A stretch of DNA of 64,000 nucleotides from Neoechinorhynchus agilis. Taxonomy: Eukaryota > Animalia > Acanthocephala. A program made the position numbers and the translations under genes. The DNA lies in assembly GCA_051530055.1 (NCBI GenBank), contig CM121341.1, forward strand, positions 11,696,784 to 11,760,783, read 5' to 3'. The notes beneath the pieces were generated by a model that did not search any database, was not told where the DNA came from, and saw only the letters and a list, made by a program, of their open reading frames with translations. How positions within the stretch are numbered: position 1 is the first letter of the stretch; each line of letters starts with the position of its first letter. Shown here one piece after another: positions 46,783 to 58,859 of this stretch.

Positions 46783-47499
46783 TTATATTTTTCTCATTGG
46801 TACGAGATATTTCACGAGGAAGCCTCGCCTATGGAAAAATATACATTTTAATCGGGATTGTGATCACCACATCTCCGACTCTATCGTTCCGAAGATTTTT
46901 ATCCGGATGATTAAGGACAAAGTATATTCGCTGTAAAAGAAAAAAAGTCCGGGAATAATGCACCTCGCTGAGAATCCGCTAATCTTAGATCGATTTTCAG
47001 AATTTACCCTTAGTAACGTGTGTTTGTGTCATAATGAATCAAAGAAAATTGTTCCTATTTACATATTTTTCGATCAATATTCTAGTGTTGGCTATTATTC
47101 AATATCATTTTCAAACCCTTGCTATGACGTTTAATAAGTTTTCGCACATAGAAAACTCAGCTTTAGTCTCGAAGGACAGGAGATCGTTAGTATAGACGTC
47201 GTTTTCGCTTAAATATTGTATTGTATTTCTCAAAGAGATTGAGGAGATCGCGTTATTCAGCTTTAAATTAAAAAAAAATATTTTATTAAATCTTGAACTT
47301 TTATACTTCCAATTCAGATGATCAACGCTCCTATTAATCGGCGCTGGCCAAAATGCTGGCCGCATTGCCCCGCTGCACCGCAATGCTTATTTTTTGCGCC
47401 AAGAACGAAGTCGATCTTGGCTCTCCAGTCGCCGCGGTTTGTGAATATAATCTATTTTACCTTTTGTTCGCCTCTTCAGATTGTCGTGAATTTTTACAG

Positions 47500-47775
47500 A
47501 TGAGCTTTAACATTCGTCTTAAAGTAACGCCAAAACTTTACATTCCAATGACTCATCCAAAAATGTATACGAAGGACAAGATGGTAAATACTGAAAAGTT
47601 GGATGCTCTTGTTATCCAATATGAGCACGACAGACAGCTCAATCAGATCAGACATCTAATTCCGGATTATCACCGATCAATGGAAACAACAGAAGAGATG
47701 CGTGCGAGACTTGAAGCTGGGGGACCCCCATTTAGAGGACCAAACACCGCAAACAACATAGAATCGCCTGAATAG
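47500..47775 (+). CDS. Unidentified 91-aa ORF or terminal exon
   Basis: tttttacag|ATG followed by an open frame with plausible composition; no family recognised. Confidence 0.35.
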   Translation: MSFNIRLKVTPKLYIPMTHPKMYTKDKMVNTEKLDALVIQYEHDRQLNQIRHLIPDYHRSMETTEEMRARLEAGGPPFRGPNTANNIESPE

Positions 47776-47872
47776 ATCAAAAGCATTTTTACCGCAGTAA
47801 TCTAGTACTATTTTTTTAATTGTACGTTGGCGAATCCTGTCCCCAGTGTTGTCGATACTCATTTATTTATTC

Positions 47873-47912
47873 GAGAAATATTTCTCAAGGTTTTCCTTGC
47901 CTCTTCAGTCTA
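47873..47912 (-). ncRNA. Minimal hammerhead motif, family B, with a stem II mismatch
   Basis: uaga-CUGAAGA-G-GCAAGG-aaaa-CCUUGA-GAAA-UAUU/ucuc. Confidence 0.7.
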
Positions 47913-48354
47913 TCTAAAATGGAGGACATAGACAGCATGCACAGACGGTCATGTCTGGATGTAGCTCAGATCCGCGGGTTTGCTAATACCCGAAGTGTGG
48001 GGCGTTCGATCCGCACACACCTCTTGCGATTTGTTGCCGACTAATTTGTTCGCCATACTACGCAACTTTGGTAGCGCCAGAGTGTGGTTTGATTTTTTGC
48101 CTTCCATCGTTGGATTTCCCCGGATGTGAATGCCCTTAAGAATCAGTCTTCTTCTCAGATCCGGTTGGCTGGATAAGAATGCCGTTTTTCCAAAATCCAC
48201 CTTGTGCTGGGTTGTTTGCCGATGGTTCGAGATTGCTGAGGATTTGTTGAATGTCCTGCAAGCCTGTTTATGCTGCGAGATCCGTTTCTTGATCCCTTGC
48301 ATAGTTTGTCCAACGTAGACCTTTGAGCATTCTGCACATGGAATTTTGTAGATC

Positions 48355-48710
48355 CCTTATTTGGTATCTTGCTTGCTTACATTCTCCCATCCATAACGTA
48401 CGGCTACCCCACATTCTGCAATATCTCCAAATCACAGCTACGCAAGCTAGACGTTTTCTACAAGAGAGCTGCCAAAATTTGCTCCGCTGACTTTCTGTCC
48501 ATGAAAGACACTCTCCTAGCAATTTTCACAAACCACAGCAAACGCCTGATGTCCCATCCGCCGCAATTCGCTCCCCATATTACCCCATTCACCCACTCTC
48601 ATAGAACGCGTAAGCCATCCTCCTTCAAACCGCACAAATCGCGAACCAAAACCCACCTTCATTCCTTCTTTCCTGCTGCTCAGTCATATTTAAATAGTAA
48701 CTGAATCGAA
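48355..48710 (+). mobile_element. 3' coding fragment of CR1/L2-like LINE
   Basis: AYILPSITYGYP..KLDVFYKRAAKIC, homologous to 39521-40045. Confidence 0.7.
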
Positions 48711-49779
48711 GGAAAAAGCACAATCAACTATACTTCGGCAACCAAAGATACATGGGGCGGATATAATTGTTTAAAAATAAATAAAAAAAATAAAACGTGT
48801 TTGTTTTAATGGATGCGCCCGTCTGTTGTAAATCAAAAGATTTAGAGCTAGGTACTTGAGGCGCCTCAGTTTTCTGGTCGCTGTGTCACTTATGTGGTGA
48901 AAGCCGGTGTATTTGAGGGAGATGCTTGTGGTATCCTTCTTCTTGCGATAGCCGCTGTGTTGCTTTTTGAGACCGATTTTGATGGCCCATTCAGGGAAGC
49001 CTAGTGATCTTAGAACTTTGGTGATCCTTTGTTCTTCTTCTATCCAATCCCTGCTTCCTGAAGAAATCATCCTGGCGCTCTTGAAGTAGGGCGTTACCGC
49101 TGTGATTTTGTAGTGGAATGGTTGGTGGTTCGATCAGTAAGGTGGACCCCATGGTATAGCTGGCTTGCGGTAGAGCTGTGTTTTAATGTTGCCTTTATCA
49201 TCGTGTTTTATCCTTACGTCCAAAAAGGAGATAGCACCCTCTTCGTCATCCGTTAACATCACGATATTGGAGAAAGCAAATGGCACAAAAAAATTGCATT
49301 AGAATAGAGCTAGAAAGTTGGTAGTGAAAGTTCATCGAAATTCCAAAATAATGTATTTAAGACGTAGAAACTAAGATTTTATAAGCTGATATTGTAAAAT
49401 TGTCGTACAAACAACTTTAAGGTTTTCAAGTTCATACATTTAACCGTCAAAAGCTTATTTTACGCAAATCTAAATTTTAAGACAAGTTCAGCATGCAGCA
49501 GTCTATTTAAAGTTTATGAAACGATTCCAATATTTTATTCAACAAAATATGATCGTAAGATGTTTTCATTTCTGAAAATAATTGATAAGGACTTGCAAGC
49601 AAATTGATTCAGAAAATTTACAGATAAACAATAAATAATCTGCCACAACAATCACCCCCGCACATCGCCGGCACATCCACTATTTGTGAAGCAGTAGCCA
49701 ATAAACATGTACGCGTTCACGGACACACATTTTCAACAGTCACGCGCGCTTGTTGTGTTAAAAAATTTCGTGCGCGGAT

Positions 49780-52700
49780 ATGAATTATGGCATTGAGGTC
49801 TTGAGACCTCCTGATCCCTCGGTTGTTTCAAAAAATCAACAGGTTGGTATGTATGAGAACCCCCCGTGTGAAAGTGAAGTTATTTTGAGTGATTGTGCAC
49901 CCTTGGTTACAAACGTTGTTAAGAGACCGCAGAAAAAAGAAAATTATATCATAAAAATTCCAAAAGAAGAACTAGGAGTTAATTCTCCAGTATTTTTGAC
50001 AAAGAATTTCTACCAGAAATATTTGGTTAGGGATAAAAAGGAGGAAAATAAAATATACAACATAAAGAAGTTTTTCTCAACAAAAATGGCAGTGCTATTT
50101 ACTTTCTTTGACGCTAGTGGTAAAGAATTGTTCATCTCTATGTTAAAAGATATAAAAATGAAGTATATAGATCTTTCAAGGAAGGTTAGTTTTCTAATGT
50201 ACAATCCCCCATTAGAACTAAGTGGAAAAGATTTTAGGGAAATTTTCAACAAAACTGGGATACAGCCCATTAAATATTTACAGAGAAACAACTCTAATTA
50301 CCCCTATGCCTTGATATGTTCAGCAGCACTAGATGTTGCAGAAAGAGTATGTGGGCAGGGATTTGCATCAAGATCGCATTGGATGACCTTTTCCCAACTT
50401 AAAAGTACCATTCATGATTATTCGTTAAATGCCAGAGGTGCTGTACTTGGGGGCATTATGCCTCCAACTGCAGCCGGGCTCCTAGGTGCCTTTTATGTGC
50501 AGGGGCACACATGAAAAATGAATGTACCAATACATCCCAAATAAAGTGCACAAATTGTGCTGGAAACCATCCCGCCTTTGCTAGAAGCTGCAAAAAAGCA
50601 AAAGAATATTTTGAAAATTCTTTAAACAGTAATACCATCCCCGCCGTAAGGCCCATTGCCCATAAAAGTTTATTATCGCATAATAATAGTGGCTGGAGCA
50701 GATATAGCCGCAATTTCCCACACCCATTGGATAGAAGGATAACAGAGATAAATTCTCCATTAAAAAGGACTAAGAAATCTGTGTCCAGTCTTGATTCGAA
50801 GGGATTTGACTCCCCCATAACACCTGAACTCAGGATTAATAAGCCTGGTATTGCTAAACTTCAACATGATTTAATGAATGAGATAAACCTTCTTAGGCAA
50901 ATTCTAAACTGGATATTACAGCATCTGGGCAACACACTTACATTCTGTGGTCTCACCTGACCCGTCAACACCGGACCTGGTGAAGATCCTAAAAGATCTA
51001 ACCCTTTATACACCTGACAGTAGCAAACGGGCCTACTCGTCTGACTCTGAAGTTAATATAGCTCCATCGGGATCACGAGTGGATATTACGGAAAGCAAAA
51101 AAGTTAGGCTCTCGGATTCCCCCGATAATGGATCAAGAGCTTGACTTTTCATTTTCTACCTATAATGCTTCTAGAGCATTCAATTTACCTACACACCTAA
51201 AGCAAGCTATATTAGAAAAGTGTGTGGACATATTATGCTTTCAAGAGTCAGGCCCTCTTCCCCTCTTTAATCACTCAGCATATGATTCATTTATAATCTC
51301 ACCCTCCGCACCATTAACAAATAACTATATAGGCTTCTCTGGAGGGCTTCAATGCTTTATAAATAGAAATTTGGCGCCTAAACTCTTATTAGCTGTTAAA
51401 ACTGACATATTTTCAACTCAGATAATCTCCCTTAATAATCCTTTACGTTCAAAATGCCTTAAACTACCCTCTTTTCTGATTCTCATGAATATCTATATTC
51501 ATCCCCGAAATATTTCCAAATTCTTAAAATATGCAATTCCCTTTGTTATGAACTGGAATCCTGATTTAGTCGTCGGCGATTTTAACTCAAATTACTTGGC
51601 ATCCCTACGTCCATACTTTAAAAATCATATCTTTCTTTTGCCGAATTTCCCATCTTTTCACCACTTCTCCAATCATAGACATTCCTTTATTGATGGCGCT
51701 ATTCTTAAAAATGGACTACCTTTTAAATTTTATCCAGTAATACAAATACAATCTCAGCTTATAATGGGGCATGATTTAATAATTTTTCACACTAATGGAC
51801 TATCCCTCAAGGACCATGTTATTATGGATCCTGAACGTATTAAAAATTTTAATAACTCCATAGTTAACTCTTTTACAAACTCTACAAATCTCTCTTTTTT
51901 ATCAATTAATCAAATTATCTTAACTGCGGCTAAAGAACATTTAGTCACCTCATTTTTTATTTCGAGACGCGCGGCTTCTAAAGAAGCCAAAGCTTTTTAT
52001 AAACAGGCAATTATTGCCAATTTACACGGTGACTCTTCGTTACATGCCCACTTCATGAAGAAGTTTTTTATTACAAAATTTTATGACAAAATCAAAAAAG
52101 ACCAAATGATTATTAACAAGCAAACTTTGTTATCAAATGAGTACTGGAATATTTTACTCAATCGTAGATTCTTAAGCTGGAAAGCTAAAGCGGCATCTTG
52201 GATTGGAACAATCTCTTATCATAAGGTTATTGAAGCTATTCTTCTTTTTCATACTTTTAGTGCCTACTCCTCCCCTCCAATTCCTGTTCTCCGTGGGAAA
52301 AAATTTAGATGGAATTTTAAAATGGAGGAGCTTTTGAATGCTTCAAAGACCAACATATCTAAGGCTTGTAACTTCCTATCTGTCTCTCCAAAGATTTTTA
52401 CATCTCTGAACACTCAAGCTAGAACAACTATATTTAGGAAATTTATCAACCAAAGAATTGATTTTGAGGACCTTTTAAAAGTTAACGTGGTGAAAAAGTT
52501 TTTATTCCTAAATCAAAGGGAGCCATCTCAAGTCCAAACCATATTAGGATCATTTCTATTCAAAACCCTCTGATTTCATGCTTAGAGCGGGTTTTAAATC
52601 GTAAACTAATTCACTTTTTAGAAACTCATAATTTGGTTCCCTCTTACTTTCATGGATTTATCAGACATCGGGGAGTTCACTCTCTTTTAGCTAATCTTCA

Positions 52701-53765
52701 TAATTTAAATGAGAGAAAATATTGTAACAAAATCTTAATTCAACTCGACTTAAACAAGGCATTTGATGCATTAGATAGAGTCTGTTTATATAAGGTACTG
52801 ATGTTCTTAAAAATTCCTCAAAATTTAATATATAAAATTCAATATTTGATTGAATCAAAAGGCTTTTATTATGAAATTGATCCACAATCTTTTACACTCG
52901 TTTCGGTGTTCCCCAAGGATCACCAATTTCACCAATCCTTTTCTTAACCGTGATGATTTATGTTTTTAGACAAATTAAAGGTTTTCATAACATATTTCCA
53001 TTAATCTACGCGGACGACATTTTCCTATTTGGAAAAGCTAGAAATCGATCTAGCTTACTGTCATATATTAGGAATTATCTTAAAATTTTATCTTTGTTAT
53101 TAAAGGAAGCCAATCTTATAATCAATATGAATAGAACTTTTATTATCCCCCTCACTAAAACTAGCTCTTCAAGAAAATCATTAATGAATTTACTTAAAAA
53201 CACAAATGATTTTTCTCACTCTAATATTGTTAAACATTCACGAATTTTAGGCGTTGATTTCCCGTCTAAAAATCATCGTTTCTTTATTAATACAAATCTT
53301 AAAACTACTTTTAGTAAAATTAAGTGTTTACTTAAACGCACTCGTCATTTGGCTTTTAATCCGATTTTTATATACCGGGCATTGAAAACTATCACAGGAG
53401 GATCAATATGTTTTTTTGCATGAGGACGTCAGCCTGAAACTAGATTCATCTTCTTCAAATATTTTATCACTAAACTAAAAAACTTATTATACTCCTTAGG
53501 AGTTGACTTTGATCCTCTAGTCTCGTTCTTACATAAATTATTCCTGACTAAAATTTGGTTTTTTACTCCAGATGTAAATTACTGTAAATTTATAAGAACA
53601 GACAATAACATTTTTAGGTACCCAGCAAATATACTTCAACAATCAATGGACACTTCGAATATCAAAAATCATATAAATATTCTTTTAACGAATGAGCAAT
53701 TTTTATTTAATATTTTAATGGAATCGATATCTGATTTGGATTCGAGATTGATTACTAACATGTTT
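49780..53765 (+). mobile_element. Decayed two-ORF LINE (I/Jockey/R1 group): gag-like ORF1 and APE-RT ORF2
   Basis: Three knuckles CQRCCTWGHYASNC, CLLCAGAHMKNEC, CTNCAGNHPAFARSC; APE TYNA, LCFQE, VGDFNS; RT QLDLNKAFD, GVPQGSPISP, YADD; several frameshifts. Confidence 0.85.
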
Positions 53766-54276
53766 TAATTTTAACTGTAATTATTCTCAAAATGGATTCA
53801 ACAGAAGAAGGAGGTTAAGTATGAGGGAGTTGATCACTCCGACGCTCAACTTAACTTCCTCTTCACTGATCAACTACAATACAAGAACTGGATAAAGATG
53901 ATTAATTGTGTGGTTGCGTATGATTGTTGTATGTGGCTATGATATATTAATAATATTAATTAATGTACGCGTTCGGTGTGGCGTATGCTTACGCGATTTT
54001 GCACCAATCGCATCGAGCCTCATTCGACGTAACGGCCGAAAATCCACATGCGCCGGCTCGGATTATACGAAACTTTCGGGCACAGAACGTTATAATAATA
54101 CGTTTTTTTATTGTACAAACCTCGCGAAGTTCTGATAAGTTCCATGAATGTGGTTGTTTATTTTGGAGTGGATGACGGGTCCGGTGGGGTGGGAAAGTGA
54201 ATGGTTATTGTAAAGAAATTAATCATTATTGTTTCAATTTAACTTAGCGATAATCACTCAGAAAATTGATTTATAT

Positions 54277-54314
54277 TGAAAATTTTCGGCCTTTTCGTTG
54301 GTCTTCTTCAGTCA
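54277..54314 (-). ncRNA. Minimal hammerhead motif, family C (left arm)
   Basis: Reverse complement of 54384-54421 with GGCC>GACC in stem II. Confidence 0.65.
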
Positions 54315-54383
54315 GATCTACAATGTTTGCAAGTTTTTTCAACTGCGAATGGGGGTTGAAAAAACTTGCAAACATTGTAGATC

Positions 54384-54421
54384 TGACTGAAGAAGGCCAA
54401 CGAAAAGGCCGAAAATTTTCA
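54384..54421 (+). ncRNA. Minimal hammerhead motif, family C (right arm)
   Basis: UGA-CUGAAGA-A-GGCC-aacgaaaa-GGCC-GAAA-AU-UU/UCA; AAUU palindromic stem III. Confidence 0.75.
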
Positions 54422-54759
54422 ATATAAATCAATTTTCTGAGTGATTATCGCTAAGTTAAATTGAATGGTTATTGCTTGCAGGGGAGAGTTTGTGAGGTTG
54501 GGTGTTTCCTCTAATTCATTTGGGGTGATGATATCCGAGAAGATTGCGTAGTATAGAAAAAGGAGCGTAGATGGAGGGAGGATGAAAGGAATTGTTATTG
54601 TGAGTGTTGTGCCCATGTGAAAAGGGAATAAAATATGGTAAAAATTGTGGTGGTAGGGTTCAGAGGCGTTTTGTTTGTGCGACCGATTTGTAATTTGGAG
54701 AGGTTGCAAAATGCAGGTATAGTTTGCGCTTGATACAGAAATCTTTGATGTGCATGATT

Positions 54760-55430
54760 TCGTCAGAGGTTAACGAGAGAGAGGGCGGGCTGGGGATTGA
54801 GTGATAAGGGCCAGATCGTTGGTATATAACAAAAGTTTGGAGTGAAACGATAGAGGTTTAAGGTCGTTTAAGAAAATCCGATGTCCATTTTTCGGAAGAA
54901 GAATCACTTTAGCAGTTTTCATGCAGTCATATAAAAGCTGCGATCTTTAATGACGTTAAGAGGTTTTGTGAGTTCGGGGGCGATACATCGAAGAGATAAG
55001 TTTTAGATTTCGAATTGAGGTCAAGGATTTTTAGAAATCTTTTATGTGTGTGATTATGTTAGAGGTTAAGGAGAGGGAGAGGTGGTATGGTGAATGGATG
55101 AGATCGCCGGTATATAAGAAAAGTTTGGAGTGAAACGATAGAGGTTTAAGGTCGTTTAAGAAAATATTAAAAGAAAGTGGTGGCAAGACAGTACCTTGAG
55201 GTACGCCTTTGGTGACGGATTTGATGATCATCGAGGAGGTTGGCGATTGTAGTGATAACAGGCGAGCCAGTGGATATACCACAAGTTTAGACCGTAATCG
55301 ATACAGGCATGAACAAGTAGTGAATGGTCTACCGTCTAATGCTTTCGGTAAATCAATTTGAATGCGACGGGTGGCGTGAGAGGGGAGCATGCAATAAATG
55401 CTAAGCAGGGCACCCGTTACAGAAAATTTG
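54760..55430 (-). mobile_element. CR1/L2-like RT fragments
   Basis: IQIDLPKALD, KGVPQGTVLPPLSFNIFLNDL; part repeated at about 54820-54880 and 55120-55165. Confidence 0.7.
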
Positions 55431-55559
55431 GGTTGGATGCTGAATTGTAGGTGCGATATAATTTTCGTTGCAAAGTTGAAAAAGGAAAGTTTTAAAACAT
55501 TATTCTAACGGAATGTCCATCGTCCATACCTTACTAGCAACGTCGAGTTGTGCCGCTAC

Positions 55560-58293
55560 GCTTGAATAGCCTCCTTTCTAAACTAGATGAAATTTCACCC
55601 ATTTTATCTACCTAAAAAGCCGACATAGTCATCTTAACAGAAACGTGGCTTACCCCCTTCAACGGCGATTCAGCTATCCTTCCCGGGCACTCTTCCTTCC
55701 ATACATACTGCGAGGACCGTCCAGGAGAAGGGGTCTCAATTTACGTACAGCAATCGCTACAATACTGCTTATCTCGCACAGGCTCTCTACAAAACCCCGA
55801 TTTAGAATTCATCGCAGTCCATTTCGTAGCTCCTCTGAGAAACAGCCTTAGAGAATTCGCCATTGCCGGCGTCTATCGCCCTCCTGGCTCCCGTCCTGAG
55901 TCCTCTTTGCTCCAAATTGACTCTACGATGGAGCTCATAAACCCCACAAATTCACACCATTTCTTGATTGCAGGAGACTTCAATAATTTATTTCCCTTTC
56001 TACCCTTCTCCGAGTTACGTAAACTTATTGAGTTCCCAACTCGTCTTGACGCTCACCTCGACAAAGTGTTTGACAAATATCGACGCCTGCTCATCCGGCT
56101 CTAACTTCCTTCCTCCCGCGAACTCTGACCACTCTTCTGCCTTTATTACTTCCTCCACCTCAGCGTATGAAATCTCCTCGTTTACCCGTCTGGGAAAAAT
56201 GTGATCATCACATCCAAAATTTTATAAAATTTTTCAACTCTAAATTTCGCACATTCCACTTTGACAAAACAAATAACCCTTCCTTCGCCATGTCCACCCT
56301 AACCTCAATCATAAAAAACCCTAACTTCGGCAATTCCCAAGAAATTCATTAGGGTCTCCAACCGCGACCAACCATGGATAGTTCCCATTTTGAAACTTCT
56401 TCAAAGGCAAGCTTCCAAAGCCCAACGCAATAACTCTCCATAGTTTGCCTCATTCGTTGACAACACACTTTCCCCGTTTACAAAAAGCACTAACTAACAA
56501 AATATCTATAGCCCGCAAAACTTCCTTTCCTCTAAAATTCGTTCGAACAGCAATTCAACATGGTGGCGGGCATCAAAAACTCTCTTGGTTCCCTTCCCTA
56601 TTTTGATCTCTACTGAATTAAAAGAAGTTTTAGATTCCATCAATCAGAACCTCTGCCCTAACTCAATTTACAATCACTGCTCAACATCAGACGCCAACTC
56701 GCCGAGACCTTTGTGTCGTTATACGAAGTGCTAAAGTATCTCATGAAATTACCTAAAAATTCGTCCTCTCAATCCGAAATCCAAAACTGGGTTCTTCGCT
56801 GCATCATCCCCAAACTCATCTACCCTCTTACCCACATTATAAACCTCATTTTTTTATATGGCATCTACCCCTCATGCCTGGAAATTGCTAAAGTTATACT
56901 TGTTCCAAGAAAAGGGCATCCTATTTCGGCCGAATAATCCCATCCAATTTCCATTCTACCCGCTCTTTCAAAAATTATCAAAAAGTGCTTTAAATCTCGC
57001 CTTCTTTCACATCTCCACGAAAAGTTATCGCCCCTACAATTTGGTTTCCGACCCAGATTTTCTGCAACCGATGTCCTACTTTGCATTTATGACACGCTCC
57101 TACGCAACCTCGACAATAATCCCTTTCACGTCACCCGTCTCATCCAACTTGATTTATCGAAAGCATTCGACTCCATGGACCATTCAATCCTTCTCCGGGC
57201 CTGCTCCCATTTCGGTCTCAATTTGTGGCAGATCCGCTGGCTAGAATCTTATCCTCACAATCGCAAACAATACATTCACTGCCGATCCACCCCCCCCTCG
57301 ATGACCACCTCAAGGTGCTGCCACCACTTCTCTTTAATATTTTTCTAAACAACCTGAAACCTCCCCCCCTCACTCTTAACTCTTCTTATACGCCAACGAT
57401 ATCACCCTCATCACCCATTCACCACCCCACCTCTCCCTCTCCTTAACCTCTAACGAAATCACCCGCATCAAAGATTTCTGCATTAATCGCAGACTGCATC
57501 TCAATTTCTCTAAGTGCTTCGAAAGGATATCCACTCTGCCGCAACCCCACATCATCCCCTGAGCTTCTAAATGACATCCTACGAGTAACCTACCTTAGAA
57601 TTCTGGGTATCCAATTTCTATCAAATTTGAAATGGGACTCGCACATCACTCTCTCCCTCCAAGCACAGCACTTTTAAAACTTATCTCCTCAAACGCCTCC
57701 GACATTTAGGAATTCCTTCACCCGACCTCTACAAATTTTGCTTCTGCTTTATCTTACCATCCGTCACTTACGGTTACCCCCCTATTTTGCAAGCTTTCCA
57801 AATCGCTAATCCGCCGTCTCGAAATTCTTCACAAAAGAGCATCTAAAATTTGCACAATTGACTTTCCCCCTCTGACCTAATACCTTGATGCTATTTTCAT
57901 AAAATAATGAAAATGCTTCGCAGCCCGACCACCACAATTTCTTCCACATATCGGTCCCTTTTCACACGAGCACAACACTCGTAATCCTAATTCGTTTCAC
58001 CCTCCTATAACTCGCAGCTCACTATATCTGCGCTCCTTTTTCCATGCTGGCCAATCTTCTATGATATCATGACCTGAAATGATTCTGAGGAAAGAGCAAC
58101 CTTACAAGCGCTCCTGCAAGCAATAAACATTAATTCCCACTAGAACGGACCTTCCCACCCAACCGGATATTCTCAAACGAACCTTCCCCGGCTGGATAGT
58201 CCCACCCGAACGGGCATCCCTCGACTGGAATTTCCCATCTCAACAGACGCGTTTTTTTAGAACAACTCCGAACTCGAGTGCTTATGAGGACCT
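55560..58293 (+). mobile_element. CR1/L2-like LINE, nearly full ORF2, heavily frameshifted
   Basis: AGVYRPPGS, LIAGDFN, LDAHLDKVF, IQLDLSKAFDSMDH, LKWDSHI; terminal motif gaactcgagtgcttatgaggac at about 58270-58291. Confidence 0.85.
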
Positions 58294-58859
58294 AAATGTA
58301 CATGGTTCCTATTCTGTATTTTTTTACCAATAAACGAGCCATTATTATTGGCCAGCTCACTCGAACGTGTCTCGGCTCTAAAATCGCGTCTTCGATAATA
58401 CCCATAATTTGCGGAGTGAAATTGATTTCGTTTAGCAAAAAAGCAGCATGTGAATCCGATTGTAATTGGTTGTACCATAGGCCAATTAGCTGATAGGATT
58501 GCCTGCAAAATCGCACCTCCTTTACTGGTCGATAGCTTCTACCATTTTAACTCGATGATTGCATTCAAAAAGGAGTTCCCGGGATTATCACCATTCGTCG
58601 CGATGCGTAACGATATCGACTTGATATTTGGGGACACTGCGAACGACCATAAAATCAACGCAAGATAAAATGTACAAAACGAAAGTCAGGCCCCACTCAT
58701 AAAGATGGGCAAAAAATGATAATACCACTCTTCAGTGGATTATAAAAACAATGCGCGATGTATGCGTTATTTTAAGACGATTAAAGTATTGATGAAATTG
58801 TCAAATGAGCAATAATCAGCTACCATTTAAAAACGCGCTTTATCAACGAAAGAACTCAA

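Larger units (their letters stand above)
47822..49270 (-). mobile_element. Penelope-like family B (RT C-terminus + GIY-YIG + 3' UTR), interrupted
   Basis: DVRI..TQLYRKP (about 49150-49230) and IYKIPCAECSKVYVGQT..RISQH (about 48270-48355); LINE fragment lies between them. Confidence 0.8.
54211..54461. mobile_element. Palindromic PLE-derived mini-element, family C
   Basis: 111-bp arms (54233-54343, 54355-54465; 1 mismatch), 11-nt spacer, one-sided extension at 54211-54232, 12-13-bp TSD (T)GAATGGTTATTG (54198-54210, 54462-54474). Confidence 0.88.

Noticed and set aside
58257-58680. Short ORFs upstream of THOC2 as a divergent gene
   Set aside because: No recognisable motif or coherent exon structure.
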